Source: Promethearchaeum syntrophicum
GTDB lineage: Archaea; Asgardarchaeota; Lokiarchaeia; Sigyniarchaeales; Promethearchaeaceae
Length of the DNA stretch: 32,000 nt
Direction of reading: 5' to 3'
Assembly: GCF_008000775.2 (NCBI RefSeq)
Contig: NZ_CP042905.2
Span: 1,140,001 to 1,172,000 of the forward strand
Below, in pieces: positions 1 through 8,807 of this stretch (its first letter is position 1; each line of letters starts with the position of its first letter). The notes below the pieces were generated by a model that worked only from the letters and a program-made list of their open reading frames with translations, had not been told where the DNA came from and did not search any database. A program made the translations under genes and the position numbers.

Positions 1-3000
1 AGTTTTTCTACCTTCATCTAACCTGTCCGCCTGTTCAATTAGACCCGCTTCTCTTAATTTGATTGTTCCAGTTTTATAAAGCTCTACAGCTTTTGGATAG
101 GGGCATTCCAGAGATAATATTTTTCCTAAGCCGACTTCTTTTACATAAGCATTTACCACATCTTCAATTTTACTTAAATCACCTAAAACATTCTTTAATT
201 TTGATTCTTTCTTGGAAAGTACTTCAAGTTCTTTTTGGCGTTTTTCTCTTAATTCTTGCTCTTTGAGTTCTTTAATCCTTTGCGCTTCTTCCGCTTTCCT
301 TTCAATTTCTTCTTCATCTAACCGAGCTTTTTCTATTCTCTGAAATTCACGTTCGCGATGTTTCAGATCTTCAATAATTTTTCGTTCATAAGTTTTTCTA
401 CCTTCATCTAACCTGTCCGCTTGTTCAATTAAGCCAGCTTCTCTTAATTTAATTGTTCCAATTTTATAAAGCTCTACAGCTTTTGGATAGGGGCATTCCA
501 GAGATAATATTTTTCCTAAGCCGACTTCTTTTATATAAGCATTTACCACATCTTCAATTTTACTTAAATCACCTAAAACATTCTTTAATTTGGATTCTTT
601 CTTGGAAAGTACTTCAAGTTCTTTTTGACGTTTTTCTCTTAATTCTTTCTCTTTTAGTTCTATTAATCTTTGAGCTTCTTTAGCTCTTATCTCGATTTCT
701 TCTTCTCCTAATCTATATTTTTCTATTCTCTGAATTTCACGTTCGCGATGTTTCTCATCTTCAATAATTTTTCGTTCATAAGTTTTTCTACCTTCATCTA
801 ACCTGTCCGCTTGTTCAATTAGACCCGCTTCTCTTAATTTGATTGTTCCAGTTTTATAAAGCTCTACAGCTTTTGGATAGGGGCATTCCAGAGATAATAT
901 TTTTCCTAAGCCGACTTCTTTTACATAAACATTTACCACATCTTCAATTTTACTTAAATCACCTAAAACATTCTTTAATTTTGATTCTTTCTTGGAAAGT
1001 ACTTTAAGTTCTTTTTGGCGTTTTTCTCTTAATTCTTGATCTTTGAGTTCTATTAATCTTTGAGCTTCTTTAGCTTTTATCTCGATTTCTTCTTCTCCTA
1101 ACCTATATTTTTCTATTCTCTGAATTTCACGTTCGCGAAGTCTCTTATCTTCAATTATTTTCTGTTCATAAGTTTTTCTTCCTTCATCTAACCTGTCTGC
1201 TTGTTCAATTAAACCCGCTTCTCTTAATTTGATTGTGCCAATTTTATAAAGCTCTACAGCTTTTGGATAGGGGCATTCCAGAGATAATATTTTTCCTAAG
1301 CCGACTTCTTTTACATAAACATTTACCACATCTTCAATTTTACTTAAATCACCTAAGACATTCTTTAATTTTGATTCTTTCTTGGAAAGCGTTTCAAGTT
1401 CTTTTTGACGTTTTTCTCTTAATTCTTGCTCTTTGAGTTCTATTAATCTTTGAGCTTCTTTGGCTTTTATCTCGATTTCTTCTTCTCCTAACCTATATTT
1501 TTCTATTCTCTGAATTTCACGTTCGCGAAGTCCCTTATCTTCTTCGATTTTTCGTTCGTATGTTTTTCTACCATCATCTAACCTATCTGCTTGTTCGATT
1601 AGACCTGCTTCTCTTAATTTCTTTGTTCCTATATTATAAAGTTCTACAGCTTTTGGATATGGACATTCTAAGGACAAAATTTTACCTAAACCAACTCCTT
1701 TTGCATAATCATTAACAACATCTTCGATTTTACTAATATCACCTAAAACATCCTTTAATTTCGATTCTTTTTGAGAAATTGCTTCAAGTTCTTTTTGACG
1801 CTTATCTCTCAATTCTTTCTCTTTTAATTCTTGAATTCTTTGTGCTTCTTCCGCTTTCCTTTCAATTTCATCTTCATCTAACCGAGCTTTTTCTATTCTC
1901 TTTTTTTCGCGTTCACGAATCTTCTTATCTTCAAGAATTTTACTTTCGTAAGTTTTTCTTCCTTCATCCAAACGATTGGCTTGCTCAATTAAACCCGCTT
2001 CTCTCAATTTCTTTGTTCCAATATTATAAAGCTCAACTGCTTTTGGATACGGGCATTCTAAGAACAAAATCTTTCCTAAACCTACTTCTCTTGCATATTC
2101 GTTTACTACATCTTCAATTATACTAATATCGCCTAAAACATCTTTTAATTGTGATTCTTTTTGGGAAATTGCTTCAAGCTCTTTTTGCCGTCTCTCTCTT
2201 TGTTCCTTTTCTTTTTCTTCTTTTATTCTTAGAGATTCTTTAGCCTTTTGTTCAACCTCTTCTTCCTGTTTCTGAACATATTCTAAGTGTTTTCTTTTTT
2301 CTTCTTGATTTCTTTCAAAAATTAATAGTTTTTGCTTGTATGAGACTTCCCCATCTTTTAACAATTTTGAATGCTCATGAAATCCAATTTCGGATAATTT
2401 TTCACTACTTATTCGATATAATTCAATTGCTTCTGAATAACGGTTTTTTGCTTCAGTAAAATCTCCCTGTTGTTCCATAATATTTATTGCTTCTTCCATT
2501 TCACTTATTTTCGCAAGAATTTCTTTCAATTGATTATCTTTTTGAGTTAATTTTTCCAATTCATTCTGTCGTTTCGCTTTTGCTCTATTTAATTCTTCAT
2601 CTCTTAATTTTTGTGCTTCTTTTGCTTTTCTCTCGATCTCTTCTTTTTCTTGTTTGATATTTTCTAATCTTTGTTTTTCAAGTTCGCGAAGTTTCTCATC
2701 CTCAGTAATTTTTAGCTTGTATGTTTTACCCCCTTCTTCTAATCTGTCTGCTTGTTCAATTAAGCCTATTTCTCTTAGCTTATTTGTTCCAATATAGTAT
2801 AGCTCTACTGCTTTTGGATAAGGGCATTCTAAAGATAAAATTTTTCCAAGTCCGACTCGACTTTCATACCCACTTATAACTTCTTCAATTATACTTATGT
2901 CTTTAAGAACATCTTTTAATCGGGATTCTTTTTTAGATAATTCTTCTAATTCTTTTTGACGTTTTTCTTTTTCAATTCTTAATTTTTCATCCCTTAATAT

Positions 3001-3450
3001 TTGTGCTTCTTTAGCTTTCTTTTCAATCTCTTCTTCGTCTTGTTTAATTTTTTCTAATCTCTTTTTTTCTTCTACGCGCAGTTTTTCATCTTCAAAGATT
3101 TTTTGTTTGTACGTATTTTCTCCATCTGCTAAGCGATCAGCTTGGTCAAAGTATCCAATATCTCTTAGTTTTTTGCTTCCTTCTCCATAAGTTCTAATAG
3201 CATTTGGATATGGACATTCTAAAGATAGGATTTTGCCCAGATGAACTTGATTTTCATAATAATTAACTACATCTTCGATTTTACTGATATTTGACAATAC
3301 TTCCTTTAATTTCGCTTCTTTCTGAGAGAGAATCTCTAATTCCCTTTGACGTTTTTCTCGTTCCTCTTTTTCTTTGGATTCTCTTAGTTGTTGAGATTCT
3401 TTAGCTAGTTTCTCAATTGCTTCTTCATCTAAACGCTTTTTCATCAGGTT
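1..3450. repeat. In-frame tandem repeat array, 390-bp period, about 9 copies (1, 391, 781, 1171, 1561, 1951, 2341, 2721, 3111)
   Basis: The string agtttttcta/ccttcatcta/acctgtccgc recurs at 1, 391, 781 and 1171, and in diverged form at 1561 and 1951. Copies 1-4 differ by only a handful of bases over their first ~270 nt. Copies 5-9 diverge progressively, and the copy starting at 2341 is 381 bp. Confidence 0.9.
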
Positions 3451-4362
3451 TTCTTCTAGTTTTTTCTTTTCTGATTTTAGTTTTTCTCTTTGTTTAATGG
3501 TTAGGCTAATTTCTTCTTGAACTTCATTTGCTTCTTTTTGCCACCCAATTTTTTTGAAGATCTCTAAAGCTTCTTTATATGCATTCGTAGCTAAATCAAA
3601 TTGGTTTAAATTTCTAAATTGGATTGCTTCATCTAATAATGAAAGAGCTTTATCGCTTTTCGCTTTTTTAAGAAGTTCTTCCTTTTTATGTTCCATCTCA
3701 ATAGATTCTTGTAACCTTTTCTTTTCATCTTCTAATTTCCTTGATAGCTCTATTGTCTTTTGAGTTTCTTTTTGAGCTTCCCAAACTTTTTCGGCTTTTC
3801 TTTCATCATCTTTCAACTTTTTTTTATAATTTTGAAATTTATTTCTAGCATCATTTAATAATTCTAAAGTTCGGTTTACTTCTGCAGACCAGTTTATATT
3901 TTTAAAGTTTTCAAGTGCTTTCGTAAATGAATCTATACCTAATTGATAATCATCTTTTAATAAAGCTTTACTCCCCGTCTCTAAAAGATCATAGGCCTCA
4001 TTTGATAATTTTTCTTCAATTTCTTTCTTTTTCCTTAAAGCCTCTAATTTTTGATTTTTTTCTGCTGTCTTTCTATCTTGAAGTCGTTGACGAGCCGCTT
4101 CTAATTGTTTTTCTTTCTCTTTATTTTCAAGTTTTTTCTGTTCAATTTCCTTTTGTTTTCTAGCACGTTCTTCTTGAATTTTCACTTTTTTGTTAACTTC
4201 TTCAATCATAGATTTAATAGTCCTTACTCTTTCATCCCATCCCAGTTCAGTAGCCATATGTTTAGCTATCTCCAATTTTTGAAGACCTGAAGATATTTTT
4301 TTCTCTTGAATATCCAAATCTGCTTCGATGAGTAATAGATCAATTTTTTCTCGACTTGACAT
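1..4362 (-). CDS. Giant coiled-coil / TPR-like tandem-repeat protein, partial (3' end beyond the left window edge; at least 1,454 codons)
   Basis: ATG is the reverse complement of 4360..4362. Hand translation of the minus strand (codons aligned with position 1) gives MSSREKIDLLLIEADLDIQEKK... I checked every plus-strand triplet in that frame and found no TTA/CTA/TCA down to position 1. The sequence is E/K/R-rich heptad-like, interrupted by helical hairpins (e.g. VGLGKILSLECPYPKAVELYKTGTIKLREAGLIEQADRLDEGRKTY). It is missing from the ORF track only because it has no stop inside the window. Confidence 0.8.
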   Translation of the reverse strand, partial: MSSREKIDLLLIEADLDIQEKKISSGLQKLEIAKHMATELGWDERVRTIKSMIEEVNKKVKIQEERARKQKEIEQKKLENKEKEKQLEAARQRLQDRKTAEKNQKLEALRKKKEIEEKLSNEAYDLLETGSKALLKDDYQLGIDSFTKALENFKNINWSAEVNRTLELLNDARNKFQNYKKKLKDDERKAEKVWEAQKETQKTIELSRKLEDEKKRLQESIEMEHKKEELLKKAKSDKALSLLDEAIQFRNLNQFDLATNAYKEALEIFKKIGWQKEANEVQEEISLTIKQREKLKSEKKKLEENLMKKRLDEEAIEKLAKESQQLRESKEKEEREKRQRELEILSQKEAKLKEVLSNISKIEDVVNYYENQVHLGKILSLECPYPNAIRTYGEGSKKLRDIGYFDQADRLADGENTYKQKIFEDEKLRVEEKKRLEKIKQDEEEIEKKAKEAQILRDEKLRIEKEKRQKELEELSKKESRLKDVLKDISIIEEVISGYESRVGLGKILSLECPYPKAVELYYIGTNKLREIGLIEQADRLEEGGKTYKLKITEDEKLRELEKQRLENIKQEKEEIERKAKEAQKLRDEELNRAKAKRQNELEKLTQKDNQLKEILAKISEMEEAINIMEQQGDFTEAKNRYSEAIELYRISSEKLSEIGFHEHSKLLKDGEVSYKQKLLIFERNQEEKRKHLEYVQKQEEEVEQKAKESLRIKEEKEKEQRERRQKELEAISQKESQLKDVLGDISIIEDVVNEYAREVGLGKILFLECPYPKAVELYNIGTKKLREAGLIEQANRLDEGRKTYESKILEDKKIREREKKRIEKARLDEDEIERKAEEAQRIQELKEKELRDKRQKELEAISQKESKLKDVLGDISKIEDVVNDYAKGVGLGKILSLECPYPKAVELYNIGTKKLREAGLIEQADRLDDGRKTYERKIEEDKGLREREIQRIEKYRLGEEEIEIKAKEAQRLIELKEQELREKRQKELETLSKKESKLKNVLGDLSKIEDVVNVYVKEVGLGKILSLECPYPKAVELYKIGTIKLREAGLIEQADRLDEGRKTYEQKIIEDKRLREREIQRIEKYRLGEEEIEIKAKEAQRLIELKDQELREKRQKELKVLSKKESKLKNVLGDLSKIEDVVNVYVKEVGLGKILSLECPYPKAVELYKTGTIKLREAGLIEQADRLDEGRKTYERKIIEDEKHREREIQRIEKYRLGEEEIEIRAKEAQRLIELKEKELREKRQKELEVLSKKESKLKNVLGDLSKIEDVVNAYIKEVGLGKILSLECPYPKAVELYKIGTIKLREAGLIEQADRLDEGRKTYERKIIEDLKHREREFQRIEKARLDEEEIERKAEEAQRIKELKEQELREKRQKELEVLSKKESKLKNVLGDLSKIEDVVNAYVKEVGLGKILSLECPYPKAVELYKTGTIKLREAGLIEQADRLDEGRKT

Positions 4363-4441
4363 TATTATATTACCTTAAAATACATTAATTAAAAAATTCG
4401 ATTATGCTATCTACATTACAAAATTCTATTTTTAACTTAAA

Positions 4442-4702
4442 TTATAAATCTTGAGATTCAAGAAAATTGTCAGCTATCTCGCCACCGGTCTTTGAAAGAG
4501 AAAATTTATTATTATGATTTTCAATATATCCTTCTTTTTCTAACTTCTGTAATAAGCTAGCGATTTTAGATACATTCAGTTTAATTTTAATATCTGATCT
4601 TAGACTTAATGAAATCTCATCGATATTGACTGGTTCGCCTATATCATCTTCAATTACCCCTAAAGCAGCAATGACTGCATGTTCTATCTTCTTATCACCC
4701 AT
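4442..4702 (-). CDS. Small winged-helix-like DNA-binding protein (hypothetical)
   Basis: The ORF 4442..4732 begins with TTG, and the first ATG (MGDKKIEH...) is at 4702. The pattern ...NVSKIASLLQKLEKEGYIENHNNKFSLSKTG resembles a wHTH recognition helix plus wing. It is divergent from the downstream membrane-protein gene. Confidence 0.45.
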   Translation of the reverse strand: MGDKKIEHAVIAALGVIEDDIGEPVNIDEISLSLRSDIKIKLNVSKIASLLQKLEKEGYIENHNNKFSLSKTGGEIADNFLESQDL

Positions 4703-4791
4703 GTTTATTCCGAAGTTAATTATGAATGTCAACTTAAATATTTATTTTGTTAAGCATAAGGTTTTATTTGGCAATCGAATATTATAGTGAT

Positions 4792-7700
4792 ATGGCGAAA
4801 AAATCGTGTAGTAAACACTATAGGTACGTCGCAACTTGTCCGAATTGTAGGGCTGAAAATGACGCCAAAGAACCAGACAAGATTGTAGAGCCCGAAATAC
4901 CTTTATATGGAGATGTTAATGAGGGTGAAGATCGAGCTCCGCCACCAGATCGATTTCAATATATACGTCGTCTTCCTCCAGGTAGTAGAAAACGTTTATT
5001 AATTATCGGAGTGGTTATTGCTATAGTTATTGTGATTATTGGGCTATGGAGTATACCTCTATGGCTGGCTAAGATAAACTTACAACAACAGCTTTATGCA
5101 GTTAAAGGGGGTAATCTTGATTTCTGGGAATTATATACTCTAAATTTTTGGTCAACAAATTTTTTCTTTAATAAAATAGGGTTAATTGGAGCGTTAATTG
5201 GTTGTTTTATTATGTCAATTCCTCCTGAAAACACACTTCTTGCTCTTTTAGGGCGAAAATTTGGATGGGGTGTAATTTCTAAAAAAAAAGTATTCTTATT
5301 ATGGTGGACTGCTGGATTTGCACTTTTCTTTATAATTGGCCAAGCTATGGAAACTGGATATTTTGCATTATCCATGTATATGATCGAAGAAGGAGATACA
5401 TCATTTTCTTTTTTAAAAGCTATCAGTATATTGAATGGTAATTCAAACGTTTCTCAATTGGATGTATTTATCTATAAATCCGTAACTCTTCCGATAATCA
5501 ATTATATTTTAATTTTAATCGCTCTAAGAGTCATAATTTTAATAGTAAAATATTTCCTTTTAAAAGATGAATTCTTGATTGCAGCTCAAGTTAGTTTCTT
5601 AATAGAAATTTTCTTCTTGATGGGATTATTTGGAAAACCCCTTGATACATTAAATGGAATAGATTTTATACAGATATGGAGTATATACCTTGGTTTAATT
5701 ATTTTCCTTGGTGTGGGGATTGCCTTCATGATCATCGGAAAAAGGAGAAGAAGAATCAATATTACTCAATTTCCACGAAATATTCAAAAACAGGCAATTG
5801 TTAGTGCCCTTGCGATAATCATCATTATTTTAATCCCTGTTTTTAGTAGTATTCCAAAAAGTGTAGGGTTAACTCAACAAGAAATTTGGGAGGAAGTTGA
5901 ATGGGATGTAAAATATGAGAAACAAATTGACTGGACCCGACAAGCGGCAGGGATGGAAATTGGCACTAAAGAATTTTTCACCGTGAATGATATTAATGAT
6001 TATCCAGACAATGTCACTGTTGAAGATTTGGATCTCTTGAATGTCATTCGGCGATATGATAAACAAATCTCAGTAAAACAAATGGACCCTATTGCCCAAT
6101 TAACGCATGAGTCCCTCGCAGATAGTGATATCATATTTATTCCTAACGGAACAGGACAAGGAGAATATTGGGTTGCTCCTAAAACAATAAATGTTGATAT
6201 TCTTGATAATTCGGTAAAAATGCATACAGAATTCTATGACCATGTAGAAGGTTTTATTGCATTAGATACTTCCTCTGGGGGTATTGTCGATAATGCCGAA
6301 TTTGAAGCTATTTTTGGAGTTTCAAGTGATCATCCAATTTTCTTTGGTGAACGTGAAGAATCATTCGATACTAGTTCTGTTTTTGACACTACTACGTTTA
6401 TTGAAAAAATTGCGTATGAAAATGATATTTTACTAGGTAGTAATTGGAGTACAACTAACACTTATCGTTATGATATAACCAATGATCTTCCTGATGGGAA
6501 TCTTACTGGGTTACAAGCATTTTGGTTTACATTAGATATGGGTTTAACCTCATATGCACTTGATGGTCAGCTGAAAGAATATTTAATTAACAGAAATATT
6601 CGAACTCGTGTGGAATCCGTATTAATGCCAGGTCTTAGAATAGATGATGATCCGTATTTAGTGTTTGATCGAGAAAATGGGAAAATGTTTTATGCTGTAT
6701 CAATTTTTACCGATATCGAAATTGGCTCCTATACTATGTGTCCTATGTATCGTTTTATGGGTGTTGCTTTAATTGATGTTAAGAGCGGTGAAATATCTTG
6801 GTATAGAAATCCTGGATTACCTGCCTTTACTAATGACAATCTAGGATCTCTTTGGAGTTTATATGCAAATCTTTATCCATGGCAAGATCCTGAAATTTGG
6901 CTCATGAATCAACTTCGTTATCCAGAAACTCTATGGGAAAATCAATTAAAGGTCGATTATATTTATCACGTTACTGAACCAACCACATGGTTTGCTGAGA
7001 ATGATTTTTATGTACTACCTGACAATGGAGATGTGTTCTATATTGAAACGGATTTAGGAGATGGACTCGAATTTGTTGGTGTTCAACTTGTAAAATACAC
7101 TCGTGCTGAAGCATTAAAACTAGCTGGTCTTTACATAATAAGACAAGGAGAACATTTTGGGGAAACATTGTTTTATCAGACACTAAATTCTCTACAAGAT
7201 TTAACTGGACCAAATACCGCATCTGATCAATTTGAAACAGACGCAAGTGAAAGAATAACTCTTATAGGCGATAATAGGTTTGGTAATGTTCTTCTATATC
7301 CCCTCGCAGGTTCTCTTTATTATTTTATCCCCGTTTATTCTGTTTTAGAAGATTATGAAACGTTAGCTTTTATTGGACTTGTGAACGCTTTCAATAAATC
7401 CCTAATAGCATATGGAAATACATTAGCTGAAGCTTATAGTGATTTATCAATTAAACTTGATTTGACAACACCGGTAGAAACTTCATCTGATGATTTAGCA
7501 TTAAATTTGATTTCATATACTGAAGAAATTACCTATGGTGTTGATAATTGGGCAGAATTTAGAACTTTAATTGATTATTTCAATACTACAGAGACTCTTC
7601 CGATGCGAAACCTTACCTTAAACATGACAGTTCGTTCCGCAGTAAATATGAGTGTTAAAGTATCAAATGTGTTAATTCCTGGGATAGAATATGATTTTAC

Positions 7701-7920
7701 GCCCTTAACAACAGCTTTTAATTATACTCTCGCAACTTGGAATGATACAACAGGATTAAACCCTGGCGATTTAGCGGGAATTACAATTAAAATGAACACT
7801 GAAGAAAATTTGGACTCAGATATCTATGTTTATTATAAGTTTGATTTAATTGATATAGATGATCCAACAAAGATATTATCTACCGTCTGGTATTCCATTT
7901 TATGGAATGTAGATGTTTAA
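4792..7920 (+). CDS. UPF0182-family large polytopic membrane protein with an N-terminal zinc-knuckle extension
   Basis: About 1,040 aa. It has an N-terminal block of multiple hydrophobic helices followed by a large soluble region. The region contains LRYPETLWENQLKVDYIYHVTEPTTWF, which resembles the conserved YPEDLF...YHMTDP..FY signature I recall for UPF0182. N-terminal motif: CSKHYRYVATCPNC. The track start at 4747 is TTG, so I prefer the ATG at 4792 (MAKKSC...). Confidence 0.65.
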   Translation: MAKKSCSKHYRYVATCPNCRAENDAKEPDKIVEPEIPLYGDVNEGEDRAPPPDRFQYIRRLPPGSRKRLLIIGVVIAIVIVIIGLWSIPLWLAKINLQQQLYAVKGGNLDFWELYTLNFWSTNFFFNKIGLIGALIGCFIMSIPPENTLLALLGRKFGWGVISKKKVFLLWWTAGFALFFIIGQAMETGYFALSMYMIEEGDTSFSFLKAISILNGNSNVSQLDVFIYKSVTLPIINYILILIALRVIILIVKYFLLKDEFLIAAQVSFLIEIFFLMGLFGKPLDTLNGIDFIQIWSIYLGLIIFLGVGIAFMIIGKRRRRINITQFPRNIQKQAIVSALAIIIIILIPVFSSIPKSVGLTQQEIWEEVEWDVKYEKQIDWTRQAAGMEIGTKEFFTVNDINDYPDNVTVEDLDLLNVIRRYDKQISVKQMDPIAQLTHESLADSDIIFIPNGTGQGEYWVAPKTINVDILDNSVKMHTEFYDHVEGFIALDTSSGGIVDNAEFEAIFGVSSDHPIFFGEREESFDTSSVFDTTTFIEKIAYENDILLGSNWSTTNTYRYDITNDLPDGNLTGLQAFWFTLDMGLTSYALDGQLKEYLINRNIRTRVESVLMPGLRIDDDPYLVFDRENGKMFYAVSIFTDIEIGSYTMCPMYRFMGVALIDVKSGEISWYRNPGLPAFTNDNLGSLWSLYANLYPWQDPEIWLMNQLRYPETLWENQLKVDYIYHVTEPTTWFAENDFYVLPDNGDVFYIETDLGDGLEFVGVQLVKYTRAEALKLAGLYIIRQGEHFGETLFYQTLNSLQDLTGPNTASDQFETDASERITLIGDNRFGNVLLYPLAGSLYYFIPVYSVLEDYETLAFIGLVNAFNKSLIAYGNTLAEAYSDLSIKLDLTTPVETSSDDLALNLISYTEEITYGVDNWAEFRTLIDYFNTTETLPMRNLTLNMTVRSAVNMSVKVSNVLIPGIEYDFTPLTTAFNYTLATWNDTTGLNPGDLAGITIKMNTEENLDSDIYVYYKFDLIDIDDPTKILSTVWYSILWNVDV

Positions 7921-7975
7921 TTTTTTTTTTAAGGTTTTTAAACGATAAAACCTTCAATTTTTAATTCTTTATTTT
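7921..7975 (+). terminator. Putative archaeal terminator: T10 tract plus hairpin plus T-rich tail
   Basis: A T10 run (7921..7930) follows the TAA stop directly. Next comes aaggtttt (7931..7938), an 8-nt loop, aaaacctt (7947..7954), then T-rich sequence. Confidence 0.4.
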
Positions 7976-8040
7976 TTCTCAAATTATATCAAGTAATTTT
8001 TATCTATCTAACCATGGTTTCAACGAAAAAAATTATTCTC

Positions 8041-8661
8041 TTAAAATTTAATATCGTACTCATCATCTATGGTTATTTCCATTTCCGATCTCTCTTCTTC
8101 AAGTAATTCATTGGAAGTATTAAGATTTTTCTTACTTGATTTGATTTTTTTAGTGATCCATTTTTCATCAAAATTGAAAATTTTTTGTCCTTTGATAATT
8201 TGCGAGAAAAATTCACTCTCTATGGATTCAATATATGGATTATCTTTAAGTTTGACGATGAATTCTTTATGATCTTCTTCCTTACGGTGAATCGAAATCA
8301 AATAAATGATTTTTCCATCATCGGAAAGAGCAATGAATAAAACTTGAGGAAATTCTTTATCTAAGAAGTTTGCAAATGATTTTATAAACATATCATCCAA
8401 TGAGGAAAAATTCAAGGGTTTAACAACAATTTTTTCAAAAGAAATTTTTTTTATATTTAAGAATTTTGGATTGAATATTACAGAATATCCTAAGATTACT
8501 TCATTGGATTTTAAACGTTGTAATCGATGATAAATTGTACTGGTTTTCTTATTTAATTCATCAGCCAGCTTTTTCAGACTTTTTCGGGCATCATCTTCTA
8601 AATACTTCAGAATTTCAATATCCAGATCATCAATTTGTTTTTTCATTTTTATTTTTTCCAT
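8041..8661 (-). CDS. Lrp/AsnC-family transcriptional regulator with a long acidic C-terminal extension
   Basis: N-terminus LDIEILKYLEDDARKSLKKLADELNKKTSTIYHRLQRLKSNEVILGYSVIFNP is the typical Lrp/AsnC HTH. At 206 aa it is longer than the usual ~150 aa. Confidence 0.7.
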   Translation of the reverse strand: MEKIKMKKQIDDLDIEILKYLEDDARKSLKKLADELNKKTSTIYHRLQRLKSNEVILGYSVIFNPKFLNIKKISFEKIVVKPLNFSSLDDMFIKSFANFLDKEFPQVLFIALSDDGKIIYLISIHRKEEDHKEFIVKLKDNPYIESIESEFFSQIIKGQKIFNFDEKWITKKIKSSKKNLNTSNELLEEERSEMEITIDDEYDIKF

Positions 8662-8807
8662 AAATTTCTGTAAATTCTTTAATAAAAACTTGTAATTTCT
8701 CTAATAAAAATTTGTTTATTTATAATTTTAAGTTATGTTTTTTGCAATTTTTCTAAAATAAAAATAAGAAAGTTGAAAAGTTTGTAAAAAAAAGATGAAA
8801 AAAAATC

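Noticed and set aside
1-3450. Regularly spaced repeats that might be a CRISPR array or satellite DNA
   Set aside because: The units are contiguous with no unique spacers. The 390-bp period is far longer than a CRISPR repeat-spacer unit. The period is a multiple of 3 and maintains one open reading frame, and no cas genes are present.
63-4290. Seven plus-strand ORFs (63..266, 453..683, 1233..1436, 1779..2126, 3554..3763, 3927..4163, 4105..4290), three of them nearly identical and looking like a small repeated gene family
   Set aside because: They are antisense shadows of the giant minus-strand ORF. Their F/L/S-rich low-complexity translations mirror K/E codons on the other strand, and their repetition simply reflects the 390-bp DNA repeat.
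4747-4791. TTG start of the 1,057-aa track ORF, and similar TTG/GTG track starts at 4732, 14479, 15640, 16957 and 21476
   Set aside because: In each case an in-frame ATG lies 3-20 codons downstream and gives a more typical N-terminus, so I report the ATG coordinates. Only yggS (11862) and 21629 lack an ATG alternative.
5094-7246. Minus-strand ORFs 5094..5375, 5869..6066 and 6971..7246
   Set aside because: They lie entirely inside the UPF0182 gene on the opposite strand and have odd composition, so they are shadow ORFs.
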